DNA of 64,000 nt from Macrostomum hystrix (taxonomy: Eukaryota > Animalia > Platyhelminthes), in contig CATNEN010000002.1 in assembly GCA_950097015.1 (NCBI GenBank), positions 5,642,001 to 5,706,000 of the forward strand. The letters run 5' to 3'. Both the position numbers and the translations under genes were made by a program. Positions within the stretch are counted from its first letter, which is position 1. Each line of letters starts with the position of its first letter. Of the stretch, positions 35,118 to 47,134 are shown piece by piece. The notes under the pieces are model-generated. The model ran no database searches, was not told the DNA's origin, and saw nothing but the letters and a program-made list of their open reading frames with translations.

Positions 35118-38100
35118 ATGGACAGCCGATCATCTGACAATGGCGTGCCGGCACTGGAGCCGGCTGACAGTGACAATGAGCTAGAGTTCCTAGCCGAGTA
35201 CAAGCAGCCAGATGGTGCTTTCAGTGCCGACTTGGACAAACAGCAGAAATCGCATCAACAGAATGCTTCCAATTCGATTCCCGAGGTGAATGTAGCTGAG
35301 GCGTTTAGCAAACAGCCGCAGGAACCATTAAAAAAGCCAAATATTAAACCGGAGACCGCTTCGTCTACAGTATGCGCTGATGAGTCGGCTGCTATTGTTA
35401 AACAGACGGCATCGCAGGAGCTAGTTAATTATTATCGTGGCTCTGGCGACAGCGACGAGAATAGCGGTGAAGATCTGGACTCAGTGATTGACGATAGCCT
35501 CTCTGATTGGTCGGACTCCGAGAACAGTCGGGTCCGGGTGACCACGGATAGTGAGAATGGCGGAGTTCGCGTTGCTATTGGAGTCTCAGTGCCGGCACTC
35601 AATGGTAGGCACAGGCAGCCCCAAAAGGATCAACAATCAGCGGTTAGTACTGATGAAAGTAAAGACAAATCAAAGCCGAGGTTGAAACCTTCCACCGATG
35701 AGAATAGAGATGAAGTTTTATTAAGAATAAAGAAGCTTCAAGAAGAAAAAGAGCTTGAAGCCAAAAAGCAAGAGGAAATGCAGCGTCAACAGAGGGAGAT
35801 CCAAAGAAGACAAGAGGAGATTGAGACGCAGAGACTCGAAGCGGAGAGGCAACGATTAGAGAAAGAGGAGAGAGAGAAGCAGAGACTCGAGAAGGAGCGT
35901 CAGGAAAGACAGCGGCTGAAGCAGGAGAAGGAAAAAATAGAAAGGGAGCGTCAGCGACAAGAAAAAGAGAAGCAGAGACAGGAGAAAGAGAAACAGAGAC
36001 AGGAGAAAGAGAAACAGAGACAGGAAAAGGAGAAACAGGAAAAAGAGCGCTTGGAGAAGCTGCGGCAAGATAGAGAACGACAGGAGAAGGAAACCGAACG
36101 ACTGGCGGCAACAGCTAGGGAGCAGCAAAAATTGGAACAGCTGCAGCAGCAGTCAGCAGAGCAAAGCACCGTCGGTAAGAAAAAGAAGAAATCTTCAAAG
36201 AAGCAGTCAAACACCTCGCCAGATCAGAACACGAATCCAAAGCAGCAGCAGGCAGAAAATGACTCTGCATCGGCAAGAGCCAGTGCACAGTTAAAGAATA
36301 CATTGATTCACGAGCAGGAGACTGAGCAGTTTCTGCAGGCCCTAGCCGAGACCTCCTGGCAGACGGTATCGACTGTCAGCAAGAAGGGCGGAGGCGGTGT
36401 GGCGTCCGCCTCCAGCCAAAACCAGCCTGCGCCCCCGGAACCCTTGAAACTGATCAGCGATGACGAATTTCCATTCCTTGCCAAATGGGAAATCTGTTTG
36501 GCTTGCGACGATTGCATTAAGCCTGTCACCTTTACCGATCTTGACATTGACAGCAGACTTCGACACAGCTGTCAGCGCGACATTCTGTTAGCCAGGAATC
36601 CTGGCGCCAACTATTGGAAGAGAATTCGACATCGCGAAACTCACCGAAACCATTACGGAAGTTATTATCGCTGCAACAAGACTTTGTATAGCCAGCATCC
36701 GTGTCGACATCAATGCACATTTACGCATTCGGACATTGAACAGGAAATGTGGAATCTAGACAGAACGATGACTGATGGCTTTACTGTTGTCGGATTTATT
36801 GCCAAGCACAATGGCACTGCGGCAGCTTCGGGTAGACTACAGCAGCAAAAACTACCTCCTGAATCTGTCCAGCCGCTCATGTATGCCGAAACGGCTTCGC
36901 AGGCAAGGTCTTCGCCTTCTTCGTCAGGAAATCAGCACTCTCCTGCGCATTCGCCGTTAAAACACCCGCCGCCGTACGCTGGCAGTTTTGGCCGGCATCC
37001 GGCCGCCTACATGCCGCCTATTGGGGCGCTTTATCGCTGGCATGGTGAGCCGCATCAGCCAAGCCCTGCTGCTGAATCTTCTCCCGGATCTAGCCAGTCT
37101 AGGACTGAGCAGCCTGTGATGTCTTCGGCCTTCTCTACTGGCATATCGCCGCCTGCTCTCGCCTCTGGTTCCACTTCGGCTTCGGCACCAAATCAGCCTA
37201 CCAGTTCCGCTTCAGTGTCAGCTTCAGTGTCCGCTTCAGTGTCCGCTTCAGTGTCCGCCTCAGCTCCGGCCTCAACCTCAACCTCTTATTATTCGGCAAA
37301 GCTCTGGCAGGAAAAACAGCCGCCAACTGGCAACATCAGCGAGTTCGCCTTCGACCTGGCCTGCTCCAACTGCGTCGATGCAAACGGTAGTCGGTCAACC
37401 TCGCCGTGCGAAAATTGCTCCAGAGACAAACTCATAGCACGCCTAATTATTGAGAACACCTGGTACGTGATTCGTTTGCCTACTGAGGTAGATCTCGGCT
37501 ATAGCTACGTCTACGAATTGTGCAGCAATCAGTCAACTTTTGGAGAATGCTTTCACGGCGACGAGTGCGACAATCCGCATTCCGATGTTGAGTGCAAGCT
37601 GTGGAATCTGCACGCTCGCAAAGTTATGGGCATTGATTACATCATCAATCAGTTGAGAGTTAACACTGCCGCGCCAGCTAGTCCGCAGAAAAGTGCAAAA
37701 CAGTCCCTGCCCCCGCCGGCTACCTCGCTGCCGCCTGTTTCTAAGCCTGCTGCGGCAGCACTGTCCAACTTTGGTCTAGGCGTGGCAGCGACTGAGTCAA
37801 CTGTGAGTCAATTCGTCTTCGCGCTGTGCGAAAGTGTCCTTTTTTGGTCAGACCTGCCTTTATTTAGTAATTTAACGGGTCCTAGCAACCTCTCTTCAGT
37901 CATTTACCTGGTCATAGCACCCTATCTTCAGTCATTTATACCTGGTCATAGCACCTTATCTTCAGTCATTTACCTGGTCATAGCACCTTATCTTCAGTCA
38001 TTTACCTGGTCATAGCACCTTATCTTCAGTCATTTACCTGGTCATAGAACCTTATCTTCAGTCATTTACCTGGTCATAGCACCTTATCTTCAGTTATTTA

Positions 38101-41100
38101 CCTGGTCATAGCACCCTATCTTCAGTCATTTATACCTGGTCATAGCACCTTATCTTCAGTCATTTACCTGGTCATAGAACCTTATCTTCAGTCATTTACC
38201 TGGTCATAGCACCTTATCTTCAGTCATTTACCTGGTCATAGCACCTTATCTTCAGTCATTTACCTGGTCATAGCACCCTATCTTCAGTCATTTATACCTG
38301 GTCATAGCACCCTATCTTCAGTCATTTACCTGGTCATAGCACCTTTATCTTCAGTCATTTACCTGGTCATAGCACCTTTATCTTCAGTCATTTACCTCGT
38401 CATAGCACCTTATCTTCAGTCATTTACCTTGTCATTGCTCCCTGTCCTCAGTCTTTTATATTTCAAAGGACCTTTTAGCAATTGGACTGGTCAATGGTGA
38501 TTGCAATCGATGAATCTAACATAAATAAGTTTTTAAAGCCGAATTATCCCAATCCACAATGTTTCCCAGTCTACTGGCATCTATGGCTACGGCGGTTGCG
38601 GCGACTTAAATCCGTTGAAATATAGCGTTGCTAATGACAACGAATTTGTTAGAGAGGCCCAAGAACAGCAGCAGCAGCTGCCAGAGATGTTTCCATTGGA
38701 CACCACTCACAATTACCGACTCAGCTGCCTGCAGTGCATGGCCGAGCTGCCCCGAGAGCATGGCTACGCCTATTACACTCTGGACAGTCGCGGCAATGAT
38801 CACGTCTGCCAGTTGGAGTACCTGTTTGTCTCGAAGCGCGACATCCCAGCCGAAGGTTGGAAACTTGTTCGACCCCTGGCTGACAACGCCGGACCGAGAT
38901 TCGATAATCTGTGCAGCAGCTACTCAAGGAATCAGCGCTGCCTGCTGGGCCTCGACTGCGGCCTGCCACACGGCATGGAGGAGCGCTTTCTGTGGAATGA
39001 GCAGTGCGCTGGCCAGTTTCATATCAGACAATTCGTTGAGCAGATGAGACAGTCGCTGAGGAAGCAGCAGCCAGCAGTCCTAGACAATGACCCTGTCAGA
39101 GAAGACCATTTCGACTACGGTTTCTTAACGGTTTACGATCGAGCACCGCCTCGCTCTGTTGCCTCCCTGCTCAGCCCGGAAGATATTAGCGAGCCATTGG
39201 ACAGTGCCAACTTCGGTGGCTACAGCGGCGTCGGCGTTATCGGCGGCGGCGTCGTCAAAGCGGCTGCTGGCGGAGGCAGCTATCTAAATTTGTTGGACGA
39301 TTTCAGCGACGGTCCGTCAGTGCCGCCATCCTCTGCTCTGTACAACACCGCGTCTGCTTCAGCGGCCATCAGCGAATCGGTGAGTTTGGAATCTTCAAAT
39401 CCCTAGCATTGGTGAGGTTGTACTTTTGTTGCATGAGATTCGGCACTTTAGAATCTCAGGGTGAGATTTGGCACTTCAGTATCTCAGGGTGAGATCTGAC
39501 ACTTCAGTATCTCAGGGTGAGATCTGGCACTTCATTATCTCAGGGTGAGATCTGACACTTCAGTATCTCAGGGTGAGATCTGGCACTTCATTATCTCAGG
39601 GTGAGATCTGGCACTTCATTATCTCAGGGTGAGATCTGGTACTTCAGTATCTGAGGGTGAGATCTGGCACTTCAGTATCTCAGGGTGAGATCTGGCACTA
39701 CACGTAAAAGTTCGCCCTCTGCCCGCAGGCCAGTCAGTCTGTGCTTACTCCGGACTCCGCGGTCGGCGCCACAGTCATTCCAATAGCGTTGCAGCCTCAG
39801 GCCATCAAGAAGCCCAAGACTTACTTGAACTCATTGGACGACTTCGATGAACCCGCGCCGCTACTGCGACCAATAGGTCAGAGGTTCGTGCCGCCGCCAG
39901 CCGCGGTTGCTGCCTATGAGCAGGTGTCAGCTCCCATTTTTCAGCAGGTGAGTAGCTGCTTGAGACTTTGAACTTCACGGACTTCAAAAATACCTTTCCA
40001 GTTCATTCAGGACGCCCGATCCCCTCCAAGATACGTTCAGGGTCTTACTCATATAACACTAGATGCCTTCAGGGTCTTCATCCACCCCAGTAACTTTTTG
40101 TAGCCTCAAATCCCCCATTGCGAAATCCTCGCCCGAAGGGGTTGAGTGGCAGTGCGGTCTGACGCGTTTGCCACTCGCACCAAGGCAGTTTACGCCCTTG
40201 AGGGCCAACCTCCAAGGCACAGTGAGAGTGTACACTGCCTGAAGATGAGAAAGTCAGGGCAGATGTACACACCTGTGTGATTTTGTGCCTGTGTACAGTA
40301 TCTGTGTGCGTGTGTGCTCAGGAGTCAGCGAAATCGGCAGAATTGCCTCCTCGCTGGCTGCGGGTCTAGTGTCACCAAATGATGTGCTGTTGGCCGCAGC
40401 CCTCCTTCTATTGTTATTATTACTATTATTGTTATTAACTCCTCGCTCGCCTGCCAGTCCCGCGCGGCTGCCGTCAGCAACGCCGCCTCGTCGGAATTCC
40501 CGCTGGGCGCCGACCACTCCGTGGCTCTGGCCTGCGAGCAGTGCGCCACAGCCCTGGACCCGATCTGCACTCGCTTCAAATACCACCCGGCTGCCGGGCA
40601 CTCGTGTCTGGAGACTCTCCTGCTAGTCAGGCCGCCGTCCACGCCCCACTGGTGCCGAGTTCGACCGATTCGGCCCGGCGGCAAGCCGGTGCGCGAGTAC
40701 TACAACTGCCGGCTGTACATTGACGACAAATGTCTTCGCTCCGACTGCGACTACGCTCACGGCGACGTTGAGACCCAGCTGTGGAATCTCGAACGCGTCG
40801 GCCGTTGGTCCTGGGACGCGGCGGTGAGAAAACTTAGAAAGTCTTCAACTGGTGCTGCTGCTGCTGCTGCTGCTTCTGTTGTTTCTTCCGCTTCTGCTGC
40901 TTCTGTGCCAGCCGCAGTGGTGGCTCCTGCAGTGGCTGCTGGATCATCCGCAGGCGCGAGTGTCTCCGGCTCTTCAGCCTCTGTGAGCGCCGCCGGGCCG
41001 GCAACGAATCCCCAGCAGCCGCAGTTGCTGACGGCCGTCTGTTTCAAATGCCGCTCGCCCAGAGACCCGGCCAAGCCCAGCCAGTGCCAGCAGAGGCAGC

Positions 41101-42236
41101 ACGCGTGGGTCAAGCCCATCATTGTGTACAGCGCCACGGGTCGAGACGCTCGCGGGCCAGTTAAAAACCCGGCCAGGCAGCAAATTCCGCAGGTGAAATT
41201 CTTCCTGTGCCAGAACATTGCCAGGACCAAGCAATGCAGCTACGGTGTCAAGTGCATGTTTCCGCACAGCCCTGAGGAGGAAAGACTTTGGAATCTGATG
41301 ATCCAGGCAAAGGGTGAGGCCTTTTTATCCACAATCTGACTGCCATCTTTTTCATCCCTTAGAGAATCCCAAATCTCACTAGTTCTAAGATCCTATAAAT
41401 ATTCCCATCAGGACTGCTGACAAAAATCCCAATCCTAAGATCCCAACTTTACCGCTAACAAAGATCCCAATTAATCCTAGAACCCTTCGATACTGCTGAC
41501 AAAGATCCTAATCCTATGATCCCTTCGTGGCTGCTGACAATGATCCCAATCCTGAAGTCCCTTCGTGGCTGCTGACAATGATCCCAATCCTGAAGTCCCT
41601 TCGTGGCTGCTGACAATGATCCCCATCCTGAAGTCCCTTCGTGGCTGCTGACAATGATCCCCATCCTGAAGTCCCTTCGTGGCTGCTGACAATGATCCCA
41701 ATCCTGAAGTCCCTTCGTGGCTGCTGACAATGATCCCCATCCTGAAGTCCCTTCGTGGCTGCTGACAATGATCCCCATCCTGAAGTCCCTTCGTGGCTGC
41801 TGACAATGATCCCCATCCTGAAGTCCCTTCGTGGCTGCTGACAATGATCCCAATCCTGAAGTCCCTTCGTGGCTGCTGACAATGATCCCCATCCTGAAGT
41901 CCCTTCGTGGCTGCTGACAATGATCCCCATCCTGAAGTCCCTTCGTGGCTGCTGACAATGATCCCCATCCTGAAGTCGCTGCTGACAATGATCCCAATCC
42001 TAAGATCCCTTCGTGGCTGCTGTCAAAAATCCCAATCCTGAAATCTTTCGTTGCTACTGACGATTATCCCAATCCTTCGATGCCATCTTGACCGCTGACA
42101 ATGATCCCAAGCACACTTTGATCCTTCTTTGAACAAACCAATGCGGTCAAAATCCTAATAAAAAATCTCAAAATTTTCAGAGACGGACCTGGAGAAGTAC
42201 TATGAAAAGTATTGCGCGCCAAGTCGTAGAAAATGA
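35118..42236 (+). CDS. Large zinc-finger protein (~1540 aa): acidic N-terminus, EKQRQ coiled coil, five ZC3H7/HELZ2-type CCCH modules
   Basis: join(35118-37802,38570-39379,39729-39947,40458-41313,42181-42236) = 4626 nt, phases consistent; acceptor at 35110 just upstream, so the true start may lie further 5'. Modules C-x2-C...H-x-C...W-x2-(I/V)R...C..C..C-x3-H..E-x2-LW near 36490, 37350, 38720, 40525 and 41035. Confidence 0.8.
37890..38450 (+). repeat. 32-bp minisatellite (ACCTTATCTTCAGTCATTTACCTGGTCATAGC)n
   Basis: In intron 37803-38569. Confidence 0.95.
39445..39700 (+). repeat. 28-bp minisatellite (GAGATCTGGCACTTCAGTATCTCAGGGT)n
   Basis: About 9 units in intron 39380-39728. Confidence 0.95.
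40144..40438 (+). mobile_element. SINE-like element, family 2, copy A (internally deleted head, (TAT)n tail)
   Basis: Shares a ~78-bp core GAGGGCCAACCTCCAAGGCACAGTGAGA...GATGAGAAAGTCAGGGCAGATGTACACACCTGT with 56156-56400 on the opposite strand. Confidence 0.7.
41400..42110 (+). repeat. 38-bp minisatellite (CCCTTCGTGGCTGCTGACAATGATCCCCATCCTGAAGT)n
   Basis: In intron 41314-42180. Confidence 0.95.
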
Positions 42237-43294
42237 GGCTCGCCTATTGAGAGTTTCCTGTCTGACCACCCGATTCTGACTGCGATACAAAAGATGAAAG
42301 CCACTTTGACAATGAACTTTTGAAACTGAAAACCCTACTAGTACATAGTGAGTATTTTTCTGCTCTAAACAAGTTTATTACTTTAAACAAGCAAAAATTT
42401 AATGCCAAATACGAGTAAATAAATTCGGATGGTTAAATTGTTAAAATAATTGCGTTTGTTAAAATTCATCTTGAGCTTTTTTCTGTTGGCTAATTTAAAT
42501 ATGGAATTTTCCAAGAAAGGCGTGTTATTTTTTCACGAAATTCGGATAGCAGTAGTATGCAGTGTATGTGAATAGCACCCAAATTTCGCCTTTGCGTGTG
42601 TGTCCGTATAAAACAAGATGCATCGCAGGCTCTCTGTTTGTTTATATTTTTAATACATTTTTAAATGTAATTTCGACTGTTATAAGTTTTCCTGAATTCG
42701 TTAATAATAACTAGCAACACTAAAGGAGCAAGACCATGTACAATGAAATGGGCTGTTAATATGCTATGAAATGATATTTGAAATAAACTTTTTTCAAACA
42801 CTTTAAACTTATTATTCACATCAAGTTGCAGTTATGCATGATTTCAACTCTGGTCCCCAATTATTTTCTTTGAGTTCATGACGGGAGAGATAAAACATAT
42901 TCGTGTCTAGGGAGCAGCAAATGATCACGTCTCTAATTGAGAACATTCCGCAAACGATTCAGCTGATCAAAGGAATTCTTGTCCTCTAAAGTAAGTAAGA
43001 ACTTTTTTATTGAGCCCATCAAGGGTGCTAGGATATATTGCACTTCTCTGTTTGTGGGGCGTGGCCGCTGTTTGTGTAGAACAGGTGCACTTTATTTCGC
43101 CGGTTGTTTTGTACTCAGCTTGCTCAGGGATTTTGTTTAGCGTACAAAGGATCTGTAGCGTACTGCATCACATGTGCTATTCCTTACCCGCGATTCCAAG
43201 AAAAATCTGAAAATAATATTTTCCTCTTTACCCCACCTCTAATCTCACTATCTCATCTATCTACGTGTAATCTCGCTAATCTTAATCTCCATAC

Positions 43295-44170
43295 CAGAAC
43301 TCTAACTTCTCTCTCCGTCTCTAATCTCTCTAACCCCATCTCTAATCTCTCTAACCCCATCTCTAATCTCTCTAACCGCATCTCTAATCTCTGTACCACG
43401 TCTCTAATCTCTCTAACCCTATCTCTAATCTCTCTAGCTCCATCTCTAATCTCTGTACCACCGTCTCTAATCTCTCTAACCCCATCTCTAATCTCTCTAA
43501 CCCCATCTCTAATCTCTGTACCACCGTCTCTAATCTCTCTAAGCCCATCTCTAATCTGTGTACCACCGTCTCTAATCTCTCTAACCCTATCTCTAATCTC
43601 TCTAACCCCATCTCTAATCTCTGTACCACCGTCTCTAATCTCTCTAACCCTATCTCTAATCTCTCTAACCCCATCTCTAATCTCTGTACCACCGTCTCTA
43701 ATCTCTCTAACCCTATCTCTAATCTCTGTACCACCGTCTCTAATCTCTCTAACCCTATCTCTAATCTCTGTACCACCGTCTCTAATCTCTCTAACTCCAT
43801 CTCTAATCTCTCTAACTCCATCTCTAATCTCTCTAACCCTATCTCTAATCTCTGTACCACCGTCTCTAATCTCTCTAACCCTATCTCTAATTTCTGTACC
43901 TTGTCTCTAATCTCTCTAACCCTATCTCTAATCTCTGTACCGTCGTCTCTAATCTCACTACGCTATTTCTAGTCTCTCTACCCTAACTCTAATCTCTCTT
44001 ACCCGATGTCTATTTTCTCTTACCCGATGTCTATTTTCTCGAACCCGATGTCTAGTCTCTCTAACCCGATGTCTAGTCTCTCTAGTCCCATTTCTAGTCT
44101 TTATAACCCATCTCTAATCTCTCCACCCCATCACTAGTCTCTCTAACGCCATCTCTAATCTCTCTACCCG
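43295..44170 (+). repeat. ~20-21-bp pyrimidine-rich minisatellite (TCTCTAATCTCTCTAACCCCA-like)
   Basis: Tandem array; gives the spurious RLEMGLE ORF. Confidence 0.93.
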
Positions 44171-44667
44171 CATATTTAATCTGCTGTGAGATATCAAAGC
44201 TTTGATTCTTTCAAATGGCAGAAATATAATTTTCTTTATAAAAAGCCAAATGCAGGAAAATGACACAGAGATATATTGAAGAAGTTAATATTTTTTTTCT
44301 GCATCCAAAGTAGAACAAAACCCATACAACTATAGCTGAACAGTAGGACTTGAACTCGGTGTCTTATTACTGTGCCGACAAGCCAGGCTAACTTATAAGT
44401 ATTAATATAACTCTAACAGGATATGCTGCATGGCTGTGCGGTGACTAATCATTATGCTTGCTATTCTGTGAGTATTCAAGAGACACTGCACGTAGAAGCA
44501 TAGAGAAGTAAATGAATACCGTATCGCCAGACCAGTGCTTGACATCTGATGCCTTCAATGGGGGACCATGCCTTGAAGGCAGCTGTTTGCTACATCACGC
44601 GGCAACATGTCCTGCGGTTCTTTCGATTGGCTGAACGCACTGCAGTATCTGCAACAACTGGCATTGT

Positions 44668-45440
44668 CCCTCTGTCACCCTGTACAGTTGTCTGTCACTC
44701 TGTACACTTCTCTGTCATCCTGTACACTTCTCTGTCATCCTGTACACTTCTCTGTCATCCTGTACACTTCTCTGTCACCCTGTACAGTTGTCTGTCACTC
44801 TGTACACTTCTCTGTCATCCTGTACACTTCTCTGTCATCCTGTACACTTCTCTGTCATCTTGTACACTTCTCTGTCATCCTGTACACCTCTCTGTCATCC
44901 TGTACACTTCTCTGTCACTCTGTACACTTCTCTGTCATCCTGTACACTTCTCTGTCATCCTGTACACTTCTCTGTCATCTTGTACACTTCTCTGTCATCC
45001 TGTACACTTTTCTGTCATCCTGTACACTTCTCTGTCACTCTGTACACTTCTCTGTCATCCTGTACACTTCTCTGTCATCCTGTACACTTCTCTGTCATCC
45101 TGTACACTTCTCTGTCATCTTGTACACTTCTCTGTCATCCTGTACACTTCTCTGTCATCCTGTACACTTCTCTGTCATCTTGTACACTTCTCTGTCATCT
45201 TGTACACTTCTCTGTCATCTTGTACACTTCTCTGTCACCCTGTACACTTCTCTGTCATCCTGTACACTTCTCTAGCATCCTGTACACTTCTCTGTCATCC
45301 TGTACACTTCTCTGTCATCTTGTACACTTCTCTGTCATCCTTTACACTTCTCGGTCATCCTGTACACTTCTCTGTCATCTTGTACACTTCTCTGTCATCC
45401 TGTACACTTCTCTGTCATCCTGTACACTTCTCTGTCACTC
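44668..45440 (+). repeat. 20-bp minisatellite (CTGTACACTTCTCTGTCATC)n
   Basis: Exact 20-bp period. Confidence 0.96.
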
Positions 45441-45659
45441 TTTATAATTTTGCATCAATTTGTATTATAATTTGAACGTAAATTTATTTGCGATGCATCG
45501 GGACATGTTGATTCATTCAAGTCCCACTATCTCTGACCATTTTTTCTGCTGCTTTATTTCGAACGAATCAGAAGATCTCGAATTTCTTGCAAACTAATTC
45601 ATATTTAATTAGTTTTAAATATTTAAAACTAATTTAATTAATTAATTCTTTTGTGTTGA

Positions 45660-46620
45660 GAGTGGGAAAAAGTTGAGGGAGAGAGTGAAGCGAGAGAGTG
45701 CAGGGAGAGAGTGCAGGGAAAGAGTGCAGGGAGAGAGTGCAGGGAAAGAGGGTGTGAGGGTTAGAGTAGAGGGGGAAAGGTAGAGTTGAGAGAGTCGGGA
45801 GGAGGAGAGTAAATGGTGTGAGATTGTAAAGAGGAAGAAATGAGAAAATAAGAGTGCAGGGAGAGAGACTGTGGAGAGAGAGTGGAGGGAGAGAGACTGT
45901 GGAGAGAGAGTGGAGGGAGAGAGACTGTGGAGAGAGAGAGTGGAGGGAGAGAGAATGTGGAGAGAGAGTGGAGGGAGAGAGTGAAGGGAGAGAGACTGTG
46001 GAGAGAAAGTGGAGGGAGAGAGACTGTGGAGAGAGAGTGGAGGGAGAGAGACTGTGGAGAGAGAGTGGAGGGAGAGAGACTGTGGAGAGAGAGTGGAGGG
46101 AGAGAGACTGGAGAGAGAGTGGAGGGAGAGAGTGGAGGGAGAGAGACTGTGGAGAGAGAGTGGAGGGAGAGAGACTGTGGAGAGAGAGTGGGGGGAGAGA
46201 GACTGTGGAGAGAGAGTGAAGGGAGAGAGACTGTGGAGAGAGAGTGGAGGGAGAGAGACTGTGGAGAGAGAGTGGAGGGAGAGAGACTGTGGAGAGAGAG
46301 TGGTGGGAGAGAGTGGAGGGAGAGAGTAGAGAGAGTGAAGGGAGAAAGTGAAGGGAGAAAGTGGAGGGAGACGGGGGAGAGTAGGAGAGGAAAGGGGGAG
46401 AGATGGAATTTGGGGAAAATCATTAGAGCAGAACGAGGGGGTGTGAGGGAGACAGTTGAGGCAGAGATTGTAAAGAGGAAGAAATGAATAGAGAGGATGA
46501 GAGAAGAGTGGAAAGAAGAAAAAGTAGAGAAAGATGAGGAGAGGAGGGGGTGAGAGGAGCAAGGAGAAGAGAGAGCTGAGAGAATGAAGAAGCTACTGCA
46601 ATAAAAGAAGGAAAAGGCAC
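45660..46620 (+). repeat. Polypurine tract with a 26-bp core (GAGAGAGTGGAGGGAGAGAGACTGTG)n
   Basis: Almost purely A/G on the + strand; could form H-DNA. Confidence 0.93.
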
Positions 46621-47134
46621 TAAAAAGTTGTCTGAAGTGTCTGACCGCAAGCCCTACTAAACTGTCTATTGTGCTTCAAAACCTGCAGCAATTCAATTCA
46701 CAGTTGATTCACAGTCTCCTTCCAAGCGATGTCTGTTATTTCGCATTCCAAACAGTCTTTTTGCCTGCGCGTTGTTCTCACATTCTTCTGCTTCTCCATG
46801 TCCTTCCCCATGAAAACAGCCAAGGGCTGTTGTTTCAAAACCGGCATTTAGCATAGTGAAAGCTAACAAAAACACCAGCAGCTGCTGGCTCAAAGCTTCA
46901 AGGCCATTTCATGTCCGGAGAATTTTATCGAAAACTCCGCCCCTCATATCATTCTCGAGTTTTTGAGATGCTGCTCGCCTTGGGTTATGAAAACAAACAC
47001 ACAACCTTAGCGAGTGGCTGTTCTGTTATGTAACATCTCAACAGGCTTGAGAACTGAGTTCTCAGTGCGTACTGTTTGTTGGCACATCTGTAAACTGGAA
47101 TCACTGCTGCGTGAGCTGCTCATGTCCCTGATTG

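Noticed and set aside
46693-46893. Small ORF with a hydrophobic start and KR site (neuropeptide-like)
   Set aside because: Starts at TTG with an upstream in-frame stop, has no amidation or repeated-peptide pattern, and no convincing splice linkage.
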